This document shows, piece after piece, positions 21,401 through 36,400 of a stretch of 64,000 nt of DNA; within the stretch, counting starts at the first letter, position 1; every line of letters starts with the position of its first letter. The notes below the pieces were generated by a model. That model made no database searches, had not been told where the DNA came from, and worked only from the letters and a program-made list of their open reading frames with translations. The DNA is taken from NCBI GenBank assembly GCA_977030845.1, contig OZ365112.1, positions 12,834,001-12,898,000 of the forward strand, written 5' to 3'. Origin of the DNA: Fimbriosthenelais zetlandica (lineage: Eukaryota). Position numbers and translations under genes: made by a program.

Positions 21401-24400
21401 GATGGTGTGATACCAACAACTGTACAGTTTGTAGTAAGCTGCATGAAACATGAACGGATGTGAGCCTACCACCCATCACCTGCACACACCAGATACATTC
21501 TTTATGTGAAGGTATGAATGTTATTAGCACACCTGGGAACCTATATCCCTCACCACTCTATAGCCCAGATAACTGGCGGCTAACCGACCCTCCTACACAC
21601 TCCATCTATACCTCCATATTACACTAGTGGAGGAACTGCTCGCTACATTCCTATCTTTTTGGTTCAGACATAGGAGCAGGTAGGAAAAACAGATGGTAAG
21701 CACTGCTACACATGTGTCCGAGCTATCACAAAACAAAATCACTCAAATATAAACGATTGGAGTCATGATACATCCTGTCTTTCCTATCTTTGTTGCTCAT
21801 TATTGAGGTCCTAGGTATTTCTCCCATCATGGTTTTCATTAGCAGGTCTGGCTTAGCAGTAAAATATTTCTGTGAATGTATAGAATGGCTATACCTGCTA
21901 TGTCGGCAGATTTTTGTCAATGAAAAAAGTTTGAATGATATAAAAGAATGGGGGCAAATGTTTTTGTTATGCTGCTGGGGATGGTGTCTATATATGACCA
22001 GATATAGACCTACACCTCCAACCTTTCCACTGCTCTGCAGAATGTATTAGTAAGACATTAGCACTTGTAACCATCGTCAGACAGGCAGGGATTATGATAG
22101 AGGGCACTTCACAGCAGAGCTGATAAGGTCATCAATGCTATGGTTATCTTAATCATTTCCCTGACGTACTAGAGACTAAAAATCACAAGTTTACTTTTTG
22201 ATTCAGTTTTTGACAGTGATTTAGATACCACTGTGACCATCTGTCAATGACCAACAAATGAGAAACCGGACATGGTACATTAACATGTCAACCAGCGGTC
22301 AGATCTGATCAATGTCCACTTAGCTGGTCACATGTTGCTCACTATTGTATTCACTCCAGTTCTGAGGTTCTGTCCCAAAACACAACCAACACTGAAAAAC
22401 GATGAATGGACAGTGTAAAGAGTAGGGCCAGCACGTACAATATGATTGTTGGTCAATGTGGGGGTTGATTCAATGACATCGGATGTTACTATTCGGATAC
22501 ACGGTTTTAAGTAGTACTGTGGTATTGATGTGAGAAATCAATGTCACAAATAACTTCCGTAGACACCATTAATCCAGCATTATTCCTAAATAGCCCCCAT
22601 CAGATTCTATTACTATCTGACAGGGAGATAGAGAGTGATTCAGAACCATATCATTTACTTGCCTATCAGGGTGGGCCAGGGGAAGAGAAAAGTTTACCCT
22701 CCTAAAAAAAGCCCAAAGCTATGTGACAGACCACAAGTGTCCACATTTCTACAAGGAATGATAAGGACACATGGTTTTTTCCCAGTTTAACCCATTTAGG
22801 AGGAGGAGAACTAATTTCTAAATGCCCCCTGCGTATGAAAACACCTGGTGTTTTCCATCAGTAATGTAGCGCCTTGTGACCCGGTGTGAGATGAGTTATA
22901 ATGTAGACGCCTCCAGTCACACTTTATCTGTATGAACACACTGTGAACGGTCCCAATCACAGTGATGAAGACCTGAGGCGGTGACAGACATGGCCTCCTA
23001 CCCCGCCCCCAGATCACACTGATTGATACCAATCAGCACCTAATTTAAATATTAAACATGTATTAATATTCGCTGTATAAATATCCTTTAGGATATTTAT
23101 ACAGCGAAATAAAAAAATAACTATTAAATATTGGTTTATCTCAGTAAATTGGGTTATCTTTTCGAACTCAAAGAGAAGGTAATTGGAAAGTGGGAGAACT
23201 GGAGAAGAGATGGAAGAAGGTTCCTGCAGGTGAGGTGGGGGGATAGGTTGGTAGGTAGGAGTATGTGCTTGCATACATGTATGTGTTACTGATAAAGAAG
23301 GCACGTGCATGGAGCATGCATTTGGCAGGTCGAACTTCCTTTCCCCTAGGGAGAAAGTGAAACACATGGAAAGGGAGAGACCCCCTCCCTCCGCTTCCCC
23401 TGCCTCAGGTGAAATCTGTCAACTTGAGCAGTAAAAGACCTGTCCTCAGCAGGCTGAGACGACCTGTCTCTCATTCTATACCTCAACTATCCTCCTGTCT
23501 CCATCAGCACACTTCAGGTGACAATTCAAGTCCAGATTCATTGTCACGGAAATGTGTCAAACTTGATGAAGTTTTGTGCGGAAGAGACTAGGGTGTGTGG
23601 GTTGGAGGTAGGGGTCACAGTCTAAATGTAGATCTAGCGCAAGTAATGTCAGAGCCGAGAAACTGTCGTTACACCAAATGTCATGCAAGAAGAGACACCT
23701 AAGATCTTTGACATAGAAGGTACTGCAACGCTATGATCTAACGCCAATAGTCACAAAGTTGACCTGTTCTGTATTCTGTATGCCAGTACAAGTCAAAGTC
23801 AAAGCCAAGCTTCTAAGATCTGAAAAGGATTTCCTTGACTAAAACCAGACTTCCAGGACAAAGTCAAAGTTGAAGGGGTTGAATGAGGAGCAGGTATGTG
23901 GGGTTTTGTGTGATGAATAGAGTGATATTTCTAGGAATGACCAGTGGAGGTTTAGTCTGCTCACCTGTGGCCAGGTGTTACCACCTGTCAGCCTACAGTA
24001 CCAGGTATGGTGTGTGTGAGCCCCTCACAGCTGGTCACCCACTCATTAACCACCTCAATTAATACACCAAAAAAACACACTCAAATCCCATTAATAATTC
24101 TTTTGGAATATTCAGTGAACTTTTGTTGGCCCAATATTCAGTGAACTTTTGTTGGCCCAATATTCAGTGAACTTTTGTTGGACCATGAGGGCCTTAGTGT
24201 TGTTTAATAGCTCTCCATAATATTAATGCCTGGCCAGATTCTCAATCCAAAATGTCCTGGATAACATTGGATCTCCCATATGGAAAGTCTCGGGGTTTTT
24301 CTCTAATAAAATTAACTTTTGTATTTGATTTGAAAGGTGCACTAAGACAACCTTTCGAGACAATGTATGTTAAAAGATAAATTCTGGTTCCTTCGAGATG

Positions 24401-27400
24401 CAAACATCAATAAAAAGTCCAAAGTTCTGACTTTAAGTCGACAGATGCATAAACATGTCAGTAAGATAACAAACCCAAGTAAATTAATCCCTAACATCTG
24501 TGGGCACTATGTCTCTCACGCGAGGCAAATTTTGACAAGGTAGACATCTTGGTATGACACATTCATGGAAGAACTCTAGCTGTGGTAAAACAAAGTGGAC
24601 AAAGAGAGTATTATATCATTCATACTCATATCAACACAAAAACAGGGACTTTATACCCCGCATGGATATATTCCATGTTGTTACTGGGTCGCTTTCTGCA
24701 GCGTTGAGAGGAAAGCATGATTTTTATTTTATATGGTGACAGTTCCCTGAGACAGGACTAAAACACTGTCCTGAGAGAAATAGAGAAAGCCCTTCACTTG
24801 GCAGACTGGTCAGCATAAACATTAGCAGTAACGAGTCAGACAAGGCGAACTTTGGATCTTTGTGTCCCTGAATCCAAGCAAAAATGGGTCGGAGAGGAGT
24901 TACCCTTCACTCCCTATCTTGAATTATAGAATTCTACCCTCAGACATCTTCTGAAAGTTCATGATGCCACTTAGAAGGGATTGTTTTAAACTATATCAAA
25001 ACAAGAAGGTTATTCAGGTTCAACAAGGAACTTTTGGCATGAAAAGTGGCATTAAAAGTGTCAGAAATTGCCCCTCTTACTTATACCCCTATATAGATTC
25101 CCACTGAGTTCTCAGGGCATCTCTGTGTGTGAATGTAGGTCTACATGGCGCCTTTGTCCGTCCATGACACGGATTCTAAGTGAATGCCTCCTGACAAGCA
25201 TTAGGTAGGTGAGGAGTGACATGCACCTCGTTACATGGCGCTGCCAACCGTGCAACTTTTGTTTACACTCTATTCACAACCTGCTAATGTGGCTCAGATA
25301 ACTTTGAAAATTATCTTCAGCTTCTCAAATAGTTTTTTTAAAAATTTATTTTAATTCCTTAGTGGAACCTAATCTTCACTTTCTGACATTGAAATCTCAA
25401 CTGAGTAATACATGTGTTGGTTTGGTTGATCAAGATTAGATTTCTAACAAAATTTGGAGAATACTTGGTCACAGATCAACCTAGACGACTTCAAATTTCT
25501 TCCAATAGTTCAGTCCTGAGGAAAAATGAATCTGAACCCTGAACGCTGCCAATAGATTCTAGAAAAGGATTTACAGGGTATTTATTTCTAGGGCAATCGA
25601 TGGAGCAGGCCCGGTACAACGCCTCCATGTTCACTCCAGCGTCAAACCTCCTTCTCTCACCTGGAAAAATGCTCCTCCAACCTGGGTCAAATCAAGGTCA
25701 GAGGTCAAGCAGGTCAAAGGGTCATTATGACGAGCAATTGGTGCCAGTGTGGGACCAGAGATCGAAGGAAGGACTCCTGGGGGAGTGGATAATGGGAGGA
25801 ATGGGAAGATGCAGGGGAACAAAGGTTGCTTCCTTCACTGGAATTCTGTAACGGTTCCCCTGGAGGGGGTGGGTGGGGGCGGGGGGCGGGGTACATATAT
25901 ATACCAAGCACCTTCAGGTGTTAGCCACATGGACAGTCAGGCTTATCACTTTACCACCCACTCCACCTTCATGCTATACATATTGGAGCAGCAGAGCTAC
26001 TCGCCTGGAAACTTCTATTACTTCTCATACTCTCTTCACAAAAAGTTGGCAGGAAGAATCAAGAAATTGCAATAATGCTGATCAAGATAGCGTCTCTCAT
26101 AATTCTTTCTTGCAAAAGATTTCATTTGAAAATATGAAATATCAGAAAAGAATTCATTTATTGCCCTGATTCCTTCGTAATTAAGAAAATTATTTATGAT
26201 TAATGGCATATTGCAACTGAAATCTGTTAGAAAAGTCCAGTACACAAGTTGTTCCACATCCAGGGATTAGTACATCTGGCGGAGTTCATTTCAAATTGCT
26301 TTGATACCTTCATATTTCATGATCAAAATCTCTGAGCTACAAGACATGTGCAAGGATTCAAGCATGGTTAAACAAACCATGTCATGGAATAAAACAAACG
26401 TTCTGGCAGTTAACATTCATATGTCACGCTGACCATGGCAGGGTAACAAGGGTCCTGACATATAACATCAGGGTCATTTATATCCTGGCTAGGAAATGGT
26501 GGATGATTTAGCCATGCCCTTGGCTTACTGTAGATTGCTATGAACTGAAAAATTTAGGGCTGATTTACAATCCCCTTTCCATCCATTTTGCCTCTAAAGG
26601 TCCATAACACATGAATTATTTCTTTGGGAAATTAACATGCCTCTGCTATATTTCTATCCTCATTTCCCCATTGATTTTTTAATGAGAGAATTCTTGTTTT
26701 GAAATGTAGGCCTACAAACTTTCCTAGGGGTTTTCCATAATGTTTCACACTAAATCAAGGCCCTGGTTCCCATGTCTAAACAAACCCCATTATTCACAGA
26801 GATTGCATGTGCCATAAAGCCCACGCTAGTCTAGTGGCCATATGTCTCCAAGATCATATCAGAGGACGTGGTTGACAACAAATGATGTTGCTATGGACCA
26901 TGAAGCCGTTGGCGAGCGGCATCATGTCCTTCCATCCAGCCTCCAGGGGGCCCATCCTGAGTTTTCTGCCCCCAAGCATTTTCCTGGTGCATGGTAGGAT
27001 GGAGCCTGGCAACAAGGCCCCCAGCAATAGTTGTGTGTAGTAAATATTGCCCCCTGGCCTAATCTAACTTACAGAAATAGACGCAGTCAGGCGTGAAATA
27101 TAGCGAGGTAAGGCCTGGTATTTTTGGAGGCAATTATGAGGACCCGTTAATCGGGACCAGTGACTTCACCTTATCGCCGCTATACACGCTATTCACTCAA
27201 TGAAGCTGCATTGTCCGTGAGATGGGGCAGAAATCATGCAATCAAGGTGTCCAAGTTTAGGGCCTAAAGGGCACGCGTTAACTTCACTTGGAGGAGTTTT
27301 GGGGGTGTTTTTCGCAGGGATGAAGATGATGGGCCAGCCGGAAAAAATCCATGGATTATCGTTTGTAAACATCTGGCTAATTTGCCATTTGAACTTCAAA

Positions 27401-30400
27401 TATTTAGAGAACACAGGACTTGGTGTTTGGTCGTGTGCACAGGCGTGAATAAATCGATTTTCAACCAAGAGATTATCAATGATCTGCGAAGCAGGGTCTT
27501 GTGAAATTGAACTCATGTGTGAGTGTTTTAGTGGGTGGCATTTATCAGCGTTGTGCAACTTTTACTTTCTTCAGTTTAGAAAAAAGTATGGACTGTTTAC
27601 TATTTTGGCTACAGCACAGTGAGAGATCTCTCCCACCTATAAAATAGTACATGTACAGATCCTGGGTAACGTTCAATGACTGTAAGTCTAAGCTTAGAGT
27701 GTGGATCAATGGTCAAGCTATAGCAGGTCCACATCACTCCATGTGTTTACACTGACCTGGAGGGTTGAGACTGGCCTGGATTACCCATCAACCCTGGAGA
27801 AGGGGGGGAGGGATTGAGAGGGGGGAAGGGTCAGGGATCTAGGTAATGGACCCTGACACTGGAGTATTTCTAACCCATGATAACCAAAGGTCTACACTGG
27901 TAGAAACACATTCACTATCTCCATCTGTCAGTGTCTGGTCAAGGGACCCAGATGATCAATATATTGTGTCATTTCCTGCCCATCTTTTCTTCCCTTTCTC
28001 AGGGCCGTAGGCTAGGAATCTTTTCTTAGAAATCTTTAGAACTGGAAGGTATCTGATGTATATGGAAGTTGAAACATCACAGGGACTAAGCCCGTATGCT
28101 CATATTTCTAACATAGTCCACCCACTCCTTGCAAACCCGCATACTGGGCATCTACAACCCCCAACACCCTCCTTCACCCTTCACCTGAGGGAAAAGGCTT
28201 GCAACATAAACCATAGCAGGTCATACACATCGAGGTCTAATGCTACCAGAATAGCCTACAGTTCGATATATTCACCCCAATATTTATTGATTTACCCCTA
28301 TTTCAAACCCTACACAAGCTATTGATAAAAATTTCCAATGTCCTTGATTCTAGAAATACCATTTTGAGGAAGCAAATGGAATTTTAACATGTTCCTATGT
28401 TTGTTTGTAACCCAGGGAATACTTTTGGATTGATTATAAATGATAACATGAATATATCAATGCATCTGTATTGAAGCTGCCCCAGGTCAGGTACAATTAT
28501 GAATCAATTATGATGGGAAAAGGATGATGGATTGGCTTGAATTTAGTGGGGAATAGATTGGGGTTGAGATAGGGGTGAGTTAGAACTGGAAATAGCCAGG
28601 GGAGATGAGATGATAATAAACCCTAACACATTCTACATGAACATGATATGGCAGGATATCATACACATACCCACATACAACCCCTGACCTATCTCTGACC
28701 TAGATGGAGCAAGGTCACACTCAAGGTCAACTCAGGGCGCCCTCTCATTGAGCAAGTGACGGTTATTCCATAATCTGTCCATAGGTGGAGAGGGAATGAT
28801 AAATCAAATACCCATTCAATTATTCCTCTAATGGAATTCAGTTGTGCCAATTTTACTCCGGGCACTTGTGAGTTTAGCTCGGAAATTAATAGCAGCACGT
28901 ACACATTTTATAGGCAGAATCGTCCAGATGGCACAACATCATTTTGCGATTTGCTTGTGACAATTTAGAAATGTTGTTGCAACACAAGCATCACCTTAAA
29001 GGCTTTTTTGTAAGCAAAATCGCAGCAGTGCAGCACCGCCTTAACTTTACAATAGTTGAAATGGTGGTGCTGGAGCCCACCTACCTCTCATAATCTCTGT
29101 GGAGATTACCTCCTAAGGAACAAATCTAAAGGGGAATGGTTGAAATATTGAGTATATGAATGTTATAATAGTTAGTGTAGTACTTACAGGCTACAGTGAC
29201 GTCCACACGGTCGCTGAGTATAGCACCAGCAGTGTTACTAGCTATACATTGGTACTCCCCAGCATCCACCTTCTTAATGTCCTGAAGTTTGAGAGACTGC
29301 TCGGTGATGTTATAATCTGTAAGGAACTCCTCATCCTTTAACCATCGATATACAGGTGCTGGGGTGCCTGGAATCAAAACACAAAGTCAATGAATGCGGG
29401 GCAAAACTTTCAGACATGAATTCCCTTGACCATATTTGCAATGCGAGTACCGATTTGTGATTCAATTTGCGAATATTCGCAAAGGCAAATCAGTATTCGA
29501 AAATATGCTGCACGGATTAAACTTTGAAGTACATGTGTTGTTTAGATTTATTGGTTGCCAGTGCCTGGAGTTGGGATGTCATGTATAGGAACAATAGGGG
29601 ATTGACAAGCAGGACCATTATATCAGATAGTCCAGTTATATATACTGTCCCCATGCCAGTACACCTCGCCAAACCTATAATGTTTCTGCTATAATTAGGA
29701 ATGGATTACCAAAATAGTTGCGATGTTGGCAACTCAGAGTACTAGGGGACATTCTGATATTAATAGGTTATCCAATAGAACTACGGGACACTTTCTAAAG
29801 GTTGACATCCAACGGACATTGGAAGTAAAATGTTCTATCTTACCAGTGGCTCTGCATAGAAGAACTTTAGTGTTGCCTTTGATTTCAGGGATGCCGGCCT
29901 GCGGCTGTTGTATGAAGTTTGTGGGCGGAACATCTGCAAGACAAAGAAAGATTGATTTGTTATTAAAATATTATTTTTTGAAATATTCAGTAAAATACTA
30001 GAAATATTAGATGCTCCTAAAAGGTTTTTTGCGGCGAGGTACTGAAACATAAGAAATCATTAGAGCATGAAAAATGTTTGAAGATGATTTTGGATAATAA
30101 TGACCAAATATGAGTACTTTCTTTGTTAAAGTACAAGGGGCAGGTGTTGAGTAGAGGGCCAGATTGGCGAGGAATCACGTGTTTTGTGATGAGCTAATGG
30201 ATTAAAAAGCGGAGCTTGTTATCTGTCTATCAGATTACCACCACCTCCCTGGGTGGGATGTGGCGCCCGTCACTAACCCCCACCTCCCTCACTACTGAGA
30301 TGCCATCTCTCAACACTAACATTACCATGGTGAATTAATGACAAATGAACCCACAAACATCTACCCACATAAACACACCCATCTCTAAATGCTTAGATAC

Positions 30401-33400
30401 AGGATCATCTTTATCCACTCCATTTCTCACACTTTGCTAACATGTCTAAAGTAAGAGTCATTCATCTGAGGTAAGTCATTTGGATGATTAATCAAACCCA
30501 CTTGGTCCAATGCTTTTTTGGTCCAATGCCTTTCAACTAAGAGGATTTTCTCACTGATATTCTAACTTTCACACGAGGTGTTAAATTAGAAACTAAATCC
30601 TGACTTTGATAACAGACTCCATGTTATCCAGGCAACCAAAAGCCAGTCTGACGTTATGACGCGAGCTATTGTCATACCGACCAACGCCACACTTTTTTTT
30701 GAATTTCCATTCAATTAAATTCCAATTTTTTTTTCATACTCACAGACACAAAAGCTTTCTTTGCTTGACCTACTTTGAATGGAATAGTCTCACTACACAT
30801 GTGTTATTGGGCGAAGGGACTCTATTCAATGGGAAACCAGACGGGTGAAAATTCAATTCATTTTAAAAACTGAATGTTGAGTTTTTACAAAGTGATTTAT
30901 CTAGCAGGAGTACATAGTTTACAGAGGTTATTCAACACTGTTGAGCGATGATCCAACTCTTCAGTTGATATACACCACTGAACCAAAAGTTGGCTTTTCA
31001 AAATGTTACTAGTTTTTTTTTCGTGTCAAAAGTGAATGATAAAACCTTCCATCACAGGTGGAAACACTTTCGTATTTCAAATCTAGCTTTAGGATATATT
31101 CAAATTCAATTCACAAGATGAAACGAAATGGGACAAAGGTTTTTCGTAGGTCACCAGGTTTGATATTGAAAGAAGTCTGGCTTGATGGAGAGAAAAAAGC
31201 AAACAGTATTATCATAACATGAAGTGACAGGTCAAAAAGTAGACTAAAGTCTGACCACCATAGCCTGTGAAGTGTCCAGGGACAGCTCGAGGGCCGATGA
31301 CCAATGAACTCAACATAGGTAACAGATAGACCCGAGTGTCATCCTCATATGAAGTCATACTGTCACAGCTTTGGCCAAAGAATCGGTACATGTATTTCCT
31401 TCATGACTTCCTGGAAAGAACATCATTTACATTGGCCCAGTTGCCAAAAACAACATTCACTCTTCACAGCTGCATACAAATGCTCATTCAAGAATACACC
31501 GTATCCATCCACACAATGCTTCACCTCTTCTACTTGTTACTGAACATTGACTCACATTAGCTTTTCATGTCTTCGATGATTACTTAAAAATTGAAGTTCT
31601 TTCCCACATTGAAAGAACAAGTTTGGTATAGTGAAGAAACGGAATTTCCAAGCCATTTCAAATCATTCACACATACCATACACCTCTGTGCCCAGGCCAC
31701 ACACAATCTTTGATCTTTGCTCAAGTTATTATAGAGCTCTGGTAAATATAAAGAGCGCACCTACAGACAAAGGTGGCTGCTGGGGTTGAGGTTCAACTCT
31801 GGTTGTGGGTATATAGAAGTGAAGGAAACACTAGACTGGGATAAATGCCAGACGTGTATAAGAGACAGGTAGAGGGTGAGGTAGTTTAGTAAATTGACCT
31901 TAGCATTGTGTGTGTTTCCTGTCATTGTTTCCTCATCCGTGGACAGGCCACTTAAACTACCCAGACCTGAGACTCCGATCCGACTCATTTATACCACAAT
32001 AATTTCGTTTTTGGCACATGATTGGTAACCTAAAGTACCTTTCATGAGAAGAGGAACCTGTATTTTGGTCACAAAAAGACAGATGAGGGTCAGATGATAA
32101 TAGGCCTGTCATGGGGTCATTTACCTAGTTATGTCCATGGTTATGTCGATAGTTTCTGGGAAGCTTCACCAGTAAGTGACCAATGGTCAAGGGTCATGTG
32201 AAAGCTCCATCTATAACCCAGCAATGACAACGCTAGGGAGTTGACCATACCATTTCTTACTCTTTCAACAAAATGGTGCATAACTTTTTAGCATTTCCTT
32301 ATAATTTTTTGTACTAGAGAGAGTTTGAGTCTAATCCATTAAAAGGATAAAATGCAGAAATTCCACATAAAACCTAGCACTGGTTTCACCTTGATGTATG
32401 GACCATATCTAGGCCACTTAATAAAGTGAGTGTTGTGTGGGCTTTTTGTGTGACAGCCATATGCCCTATTGTAGGAGAACCAGTAAAGACAGGCTCCATA
32501 AAGCAGTGCTTTACCTGGGGGCATTCATACATCACCTTCACACCCCTCACGTCCATAGTCACCCCCTACCTGTGACCCTCAACTGACCTTTACCTGGGAA
32601 TTATTCACTTGACCAATACTGCCCTTTCAGGCTTTGAACAAACGCCATGCCATATGCGTGTAAAAGGCACATTCAGGGCGGTTTTCTAATGCCATAACTT
32701 AACCCATAAATCTAATCCTTGTATGTGGATGGGGTTGGACAGATTAATGCTAAAACACCTTGGATTTAGTTCACATTTTCTTGAGTGTTATGGGACAATA
32801 TCTTGATAACATACGTGCCAAACTCTACTGTATAGTTCCAGATGATATAAATTGCCATGGCTTTGAAAAGGTTTTAGAACTAATGATTGTAATCTATAGA
32901 TGTAACACCTTTTTGGATTAAGTTACTTAATATCCTGCTACCAAGGGCGATTGAATGTGTCGAGGGTTTATGCAGGTACTATATTGAACATATGAAAAGC
33001 GATCCTCTACACAATGTGCCAGGATAGCAACGTAAATCTGTAATACAAACAGCAAGCTGGTGGTTCAATAGTTTTTACTCAATCCCACTATAGGTTATGG
33101 CGAATGGAACTTTGTTTACTGTGTACGTGGAAGTAAATATTTAGCCAATATTTGACGTATTTTGATAGTCGAAAAGATGCAAATAAAACAATATTATGAA
33201 AATATAGAAAAACCGGTTTTGTAAACTAAAAATTATCTAAACTTTAAAGGCTATATTTAAAGCCTTTATTGGGAGAAACTGAACATTTTTTATCATTTAT
33301 ATTCTCAAGCCAAATCCATAAGAATGGAGGTCTAAAACTAAATAAAGAGCCTTTCGATCCATGTCCTAGAGGCAAACACCTGGAATAAAGCAGCTTTTAA

Positions 33401-36400
33401 GAGTAGCTTTTATGTGAGGTGTCATTGCTGGCCAAGCTGGCATCATTAATTAACTATAGCAGAGGCGTGCTACCTACCCTCCCCCACAGGTGAGAGAGGG
33501 GGTTACCATGACAATTACATTAATGTCAGACCATGCTTCATGTCATTTATTGACGCCATCACGAAAAGATACCATAAATCTTTACATCATTTTTCTCAAA
33601 AGATCCTGGTATTATGGCTACAATTCAGTTACCAATAAATTATTGCATTTTCCAACATACATGGATATAACTTGGTCTCAAGATGGCTGTAGAATGTTAA
33701 TTGTAAACCTGGGATATGGGAGCAGACACTCTAGGGAAGCTATGCTTTTATCTCTATTCCTGGCTAGTCCATCCCATGTTCAAAGCAATGCTGGGCCTCT
33801 CTCATGCTCTATTACCTCTATGCTTTCTCCCTGTAAACAGCTCCTCCCTCCTGTAACACCTTTTGGCCTCACCTAATGGTCTGACAGCATGTTATAAACT
33901 GTGACACTAAAGCGAAACCCGAGACTGACAATAGAACAGATTGGGGTGAGCTAAAGTGTCACAAACCCTTGTACCCATTAACTCAAAAATGCCAACTGTT
34001 AGGCTCACATGAAGTGAGAGGTCTCGTCGCATGACATCCCCAGTCTGTGACCCATACCCCTCCTGAAAAGATCTATTCTGGGTCATTTCAGTGAAAATGA
34101 TCACAGGGGCATAAGATCTTGGTGCTTGGCCAAATAGACATACAGGATATGAATCAGTCGCCTTGCAGTACACCTATATCTCATTCTCATAATAATTTAA
34201 TTTCTCATCCTTCTAAGATTTCACAGTCCTTAGTTAAAATAATTAGTATCGTGTCTTAATAGAATGTTTTGTATATTTTCTAGGAAGTGTTTGAAAATAT
34301 CTGGGCTAGATATCCTGCCTCTATCTTGGACTCATTTCAATGGCCAGGCACTACACATTATCTCGGTCATAAGAATGTAACAGTGGAAGGAGTGTAGTGT
34401 ACTCTTTGACATGGTTTCTGTACAGGTAGAACGTGAAGGATGGAGGGAGAACCATTGTATGTGATATGCGGGCTGTGCATTGGTTCAAAGATACTGGAAT
34501 CATATCACTAAAACTTCATATATATATGACATCAGGAAATTCCATAGCATTTAATACATACCTGTATTAAGTTAAGATCAATCGAGATTATTTAAATACG
34601 ATATCTTTGTGCGGATATAGATTTGTTGTAGGTAAGCAGTACATATAATGGACAGTCACGACTAATCATAAAATATTTTCAGTGTAATATCAATGTATTG
34701 TCAGGGGAATTCCTGTAGTGGACTTTGAATGAAACAATACCCCTTCATCTACTACAAAAGCTTGTCCACAGCCCCAGCACCCACCAGACCCTGGGTTGCT
34801 GGCCTTTGTCCAAGAAGGGACCACCTACTACTGGCCTTCATCCCTGTCCCACAGCCAAAAGGTAGGGGCGGATGATTTAGCGTTGGAGTTGGCTTTATTT
34901 TTCCCCTCGCTTAATCTGGCGTAATGCTATTTGACGGTTAATATTTTTCCTTGAGTGTGTTTGGCAAGCTAATACCGTAGAACACATAAATGTCTGTCAA
35001 CTGTCTGTCACATGTGACACATGTCAATCTATTCCTTGTTTTCCTCTCAATAAATGGGAACACTGAATGGTACAAAAATATATCAGAAGATGGGATTAGG
35101 AACCATTGTACAAGCCCAGAGAAAGGCGATAGAAAAATATAACGGAAAGAATGGATAAACAATGGGTAGGATAAGGGTATTGTTGGAAAAACATACTTTC
35201 TGAGATATCAAATTACCAACAATCCAAGGACAGGTTTCTATTCTATAATGGGACAAAGCAACTGTATAAATCCTTTTTCGGAGAATTCTGTGAAGAAAGG
35301 GGAAGAGTGTCCTTGATCTGTGTATCGATTAGAACTTCCTTGGATCCAAGGAGGGAAGGAAAGGGGAAAGGGGAGGAGGAGATAATCCAGAACATCCCTG
35401 TACCCGGATGACACCTGAATCATACCTGACCTGCTTCATCCACCTCAACTGATTACCTGGAATGCCCTCAACAAGAGAGAGTATGTGAGAGGTAGGCAGA
35501 ATACGATGAGAGAGGAGTGAGAGAGAGGAGTAAGAGTGAGAGGATGAGGGATCATCGAGAGGAACGAGTGAGGGAGAGTGACGAGATGGAATTGAGTGAG
35601 GGGATGAGGAAGGGAAGAGGGTATGAAGGGAGAAATTGCACCCCCCCCCCCGACCACCCACCCCTAGTAGGCTACTCTCCAAACAGGGTTTCACACCCCT
35701 AAAATGTGTTCTTTTCACTTTGAACTGGGCTGCCTACAAAAGAGCATTTACCACCAGACCATTTACTTCAATTATTTAACCCTTTTATGATGGAATCTAT
35801 ATCATACTAATGCACCCTCAGTGCACCTTGGGTGTCCCTATGGGGTTAAATATTGGGATGTGTGGAGAAGAAAAGATCTAAAGGACGGGTGATAATTTGA
35901 GAGCATTTTGAAAGCAAACTGCAGCAACAAAGAAAGTGTTAGGAGAAAGGAATCCTGAGTTCCAATTCAATTCTATTCCTCCCCAGATATAAGCAGAAAA
36001 TATTACATGGAAATCATTTCTGTTTCATTGTACTTGCATTCAATTTCAAAACTATTCTATATATCTGATTATCAGGAGAAACAAATGAATACATTTCCAG
36101 TCAGTTGCATTTAAGGGCCTCTTTAGCTGGCCCTATTACGCACTACATTCACAAATGGAGCATGCAAGCACGCTTTGTTCATTCAAGCATCCATTGAAAG
36201 TTATGACTGATTTGGCAAGTGACCAATATTTGACCAATTTGTCCAACTCGGGGTCAGCTGAGTGTGATTAGCATTGATGGGGAAATACATGCTGAAAAAT
36301 ACATGATCCAATTAATGCATGTTTGTGTGTGGATGGGGCTGTGGTTTGGGGGGCGGGGGCTGGAACACGGTCAGAGTGGAGCATGGGGGATAAACCCTAG

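Noticed and set aside
26529-26537. 9-nt in-frame unit (catag|CAATCTACA|gtaagc) in the 10-kb intron
   Set aside because: Short pyrimidine tract and no supporting motifs; treated as an example of the chance background for microexon calls.
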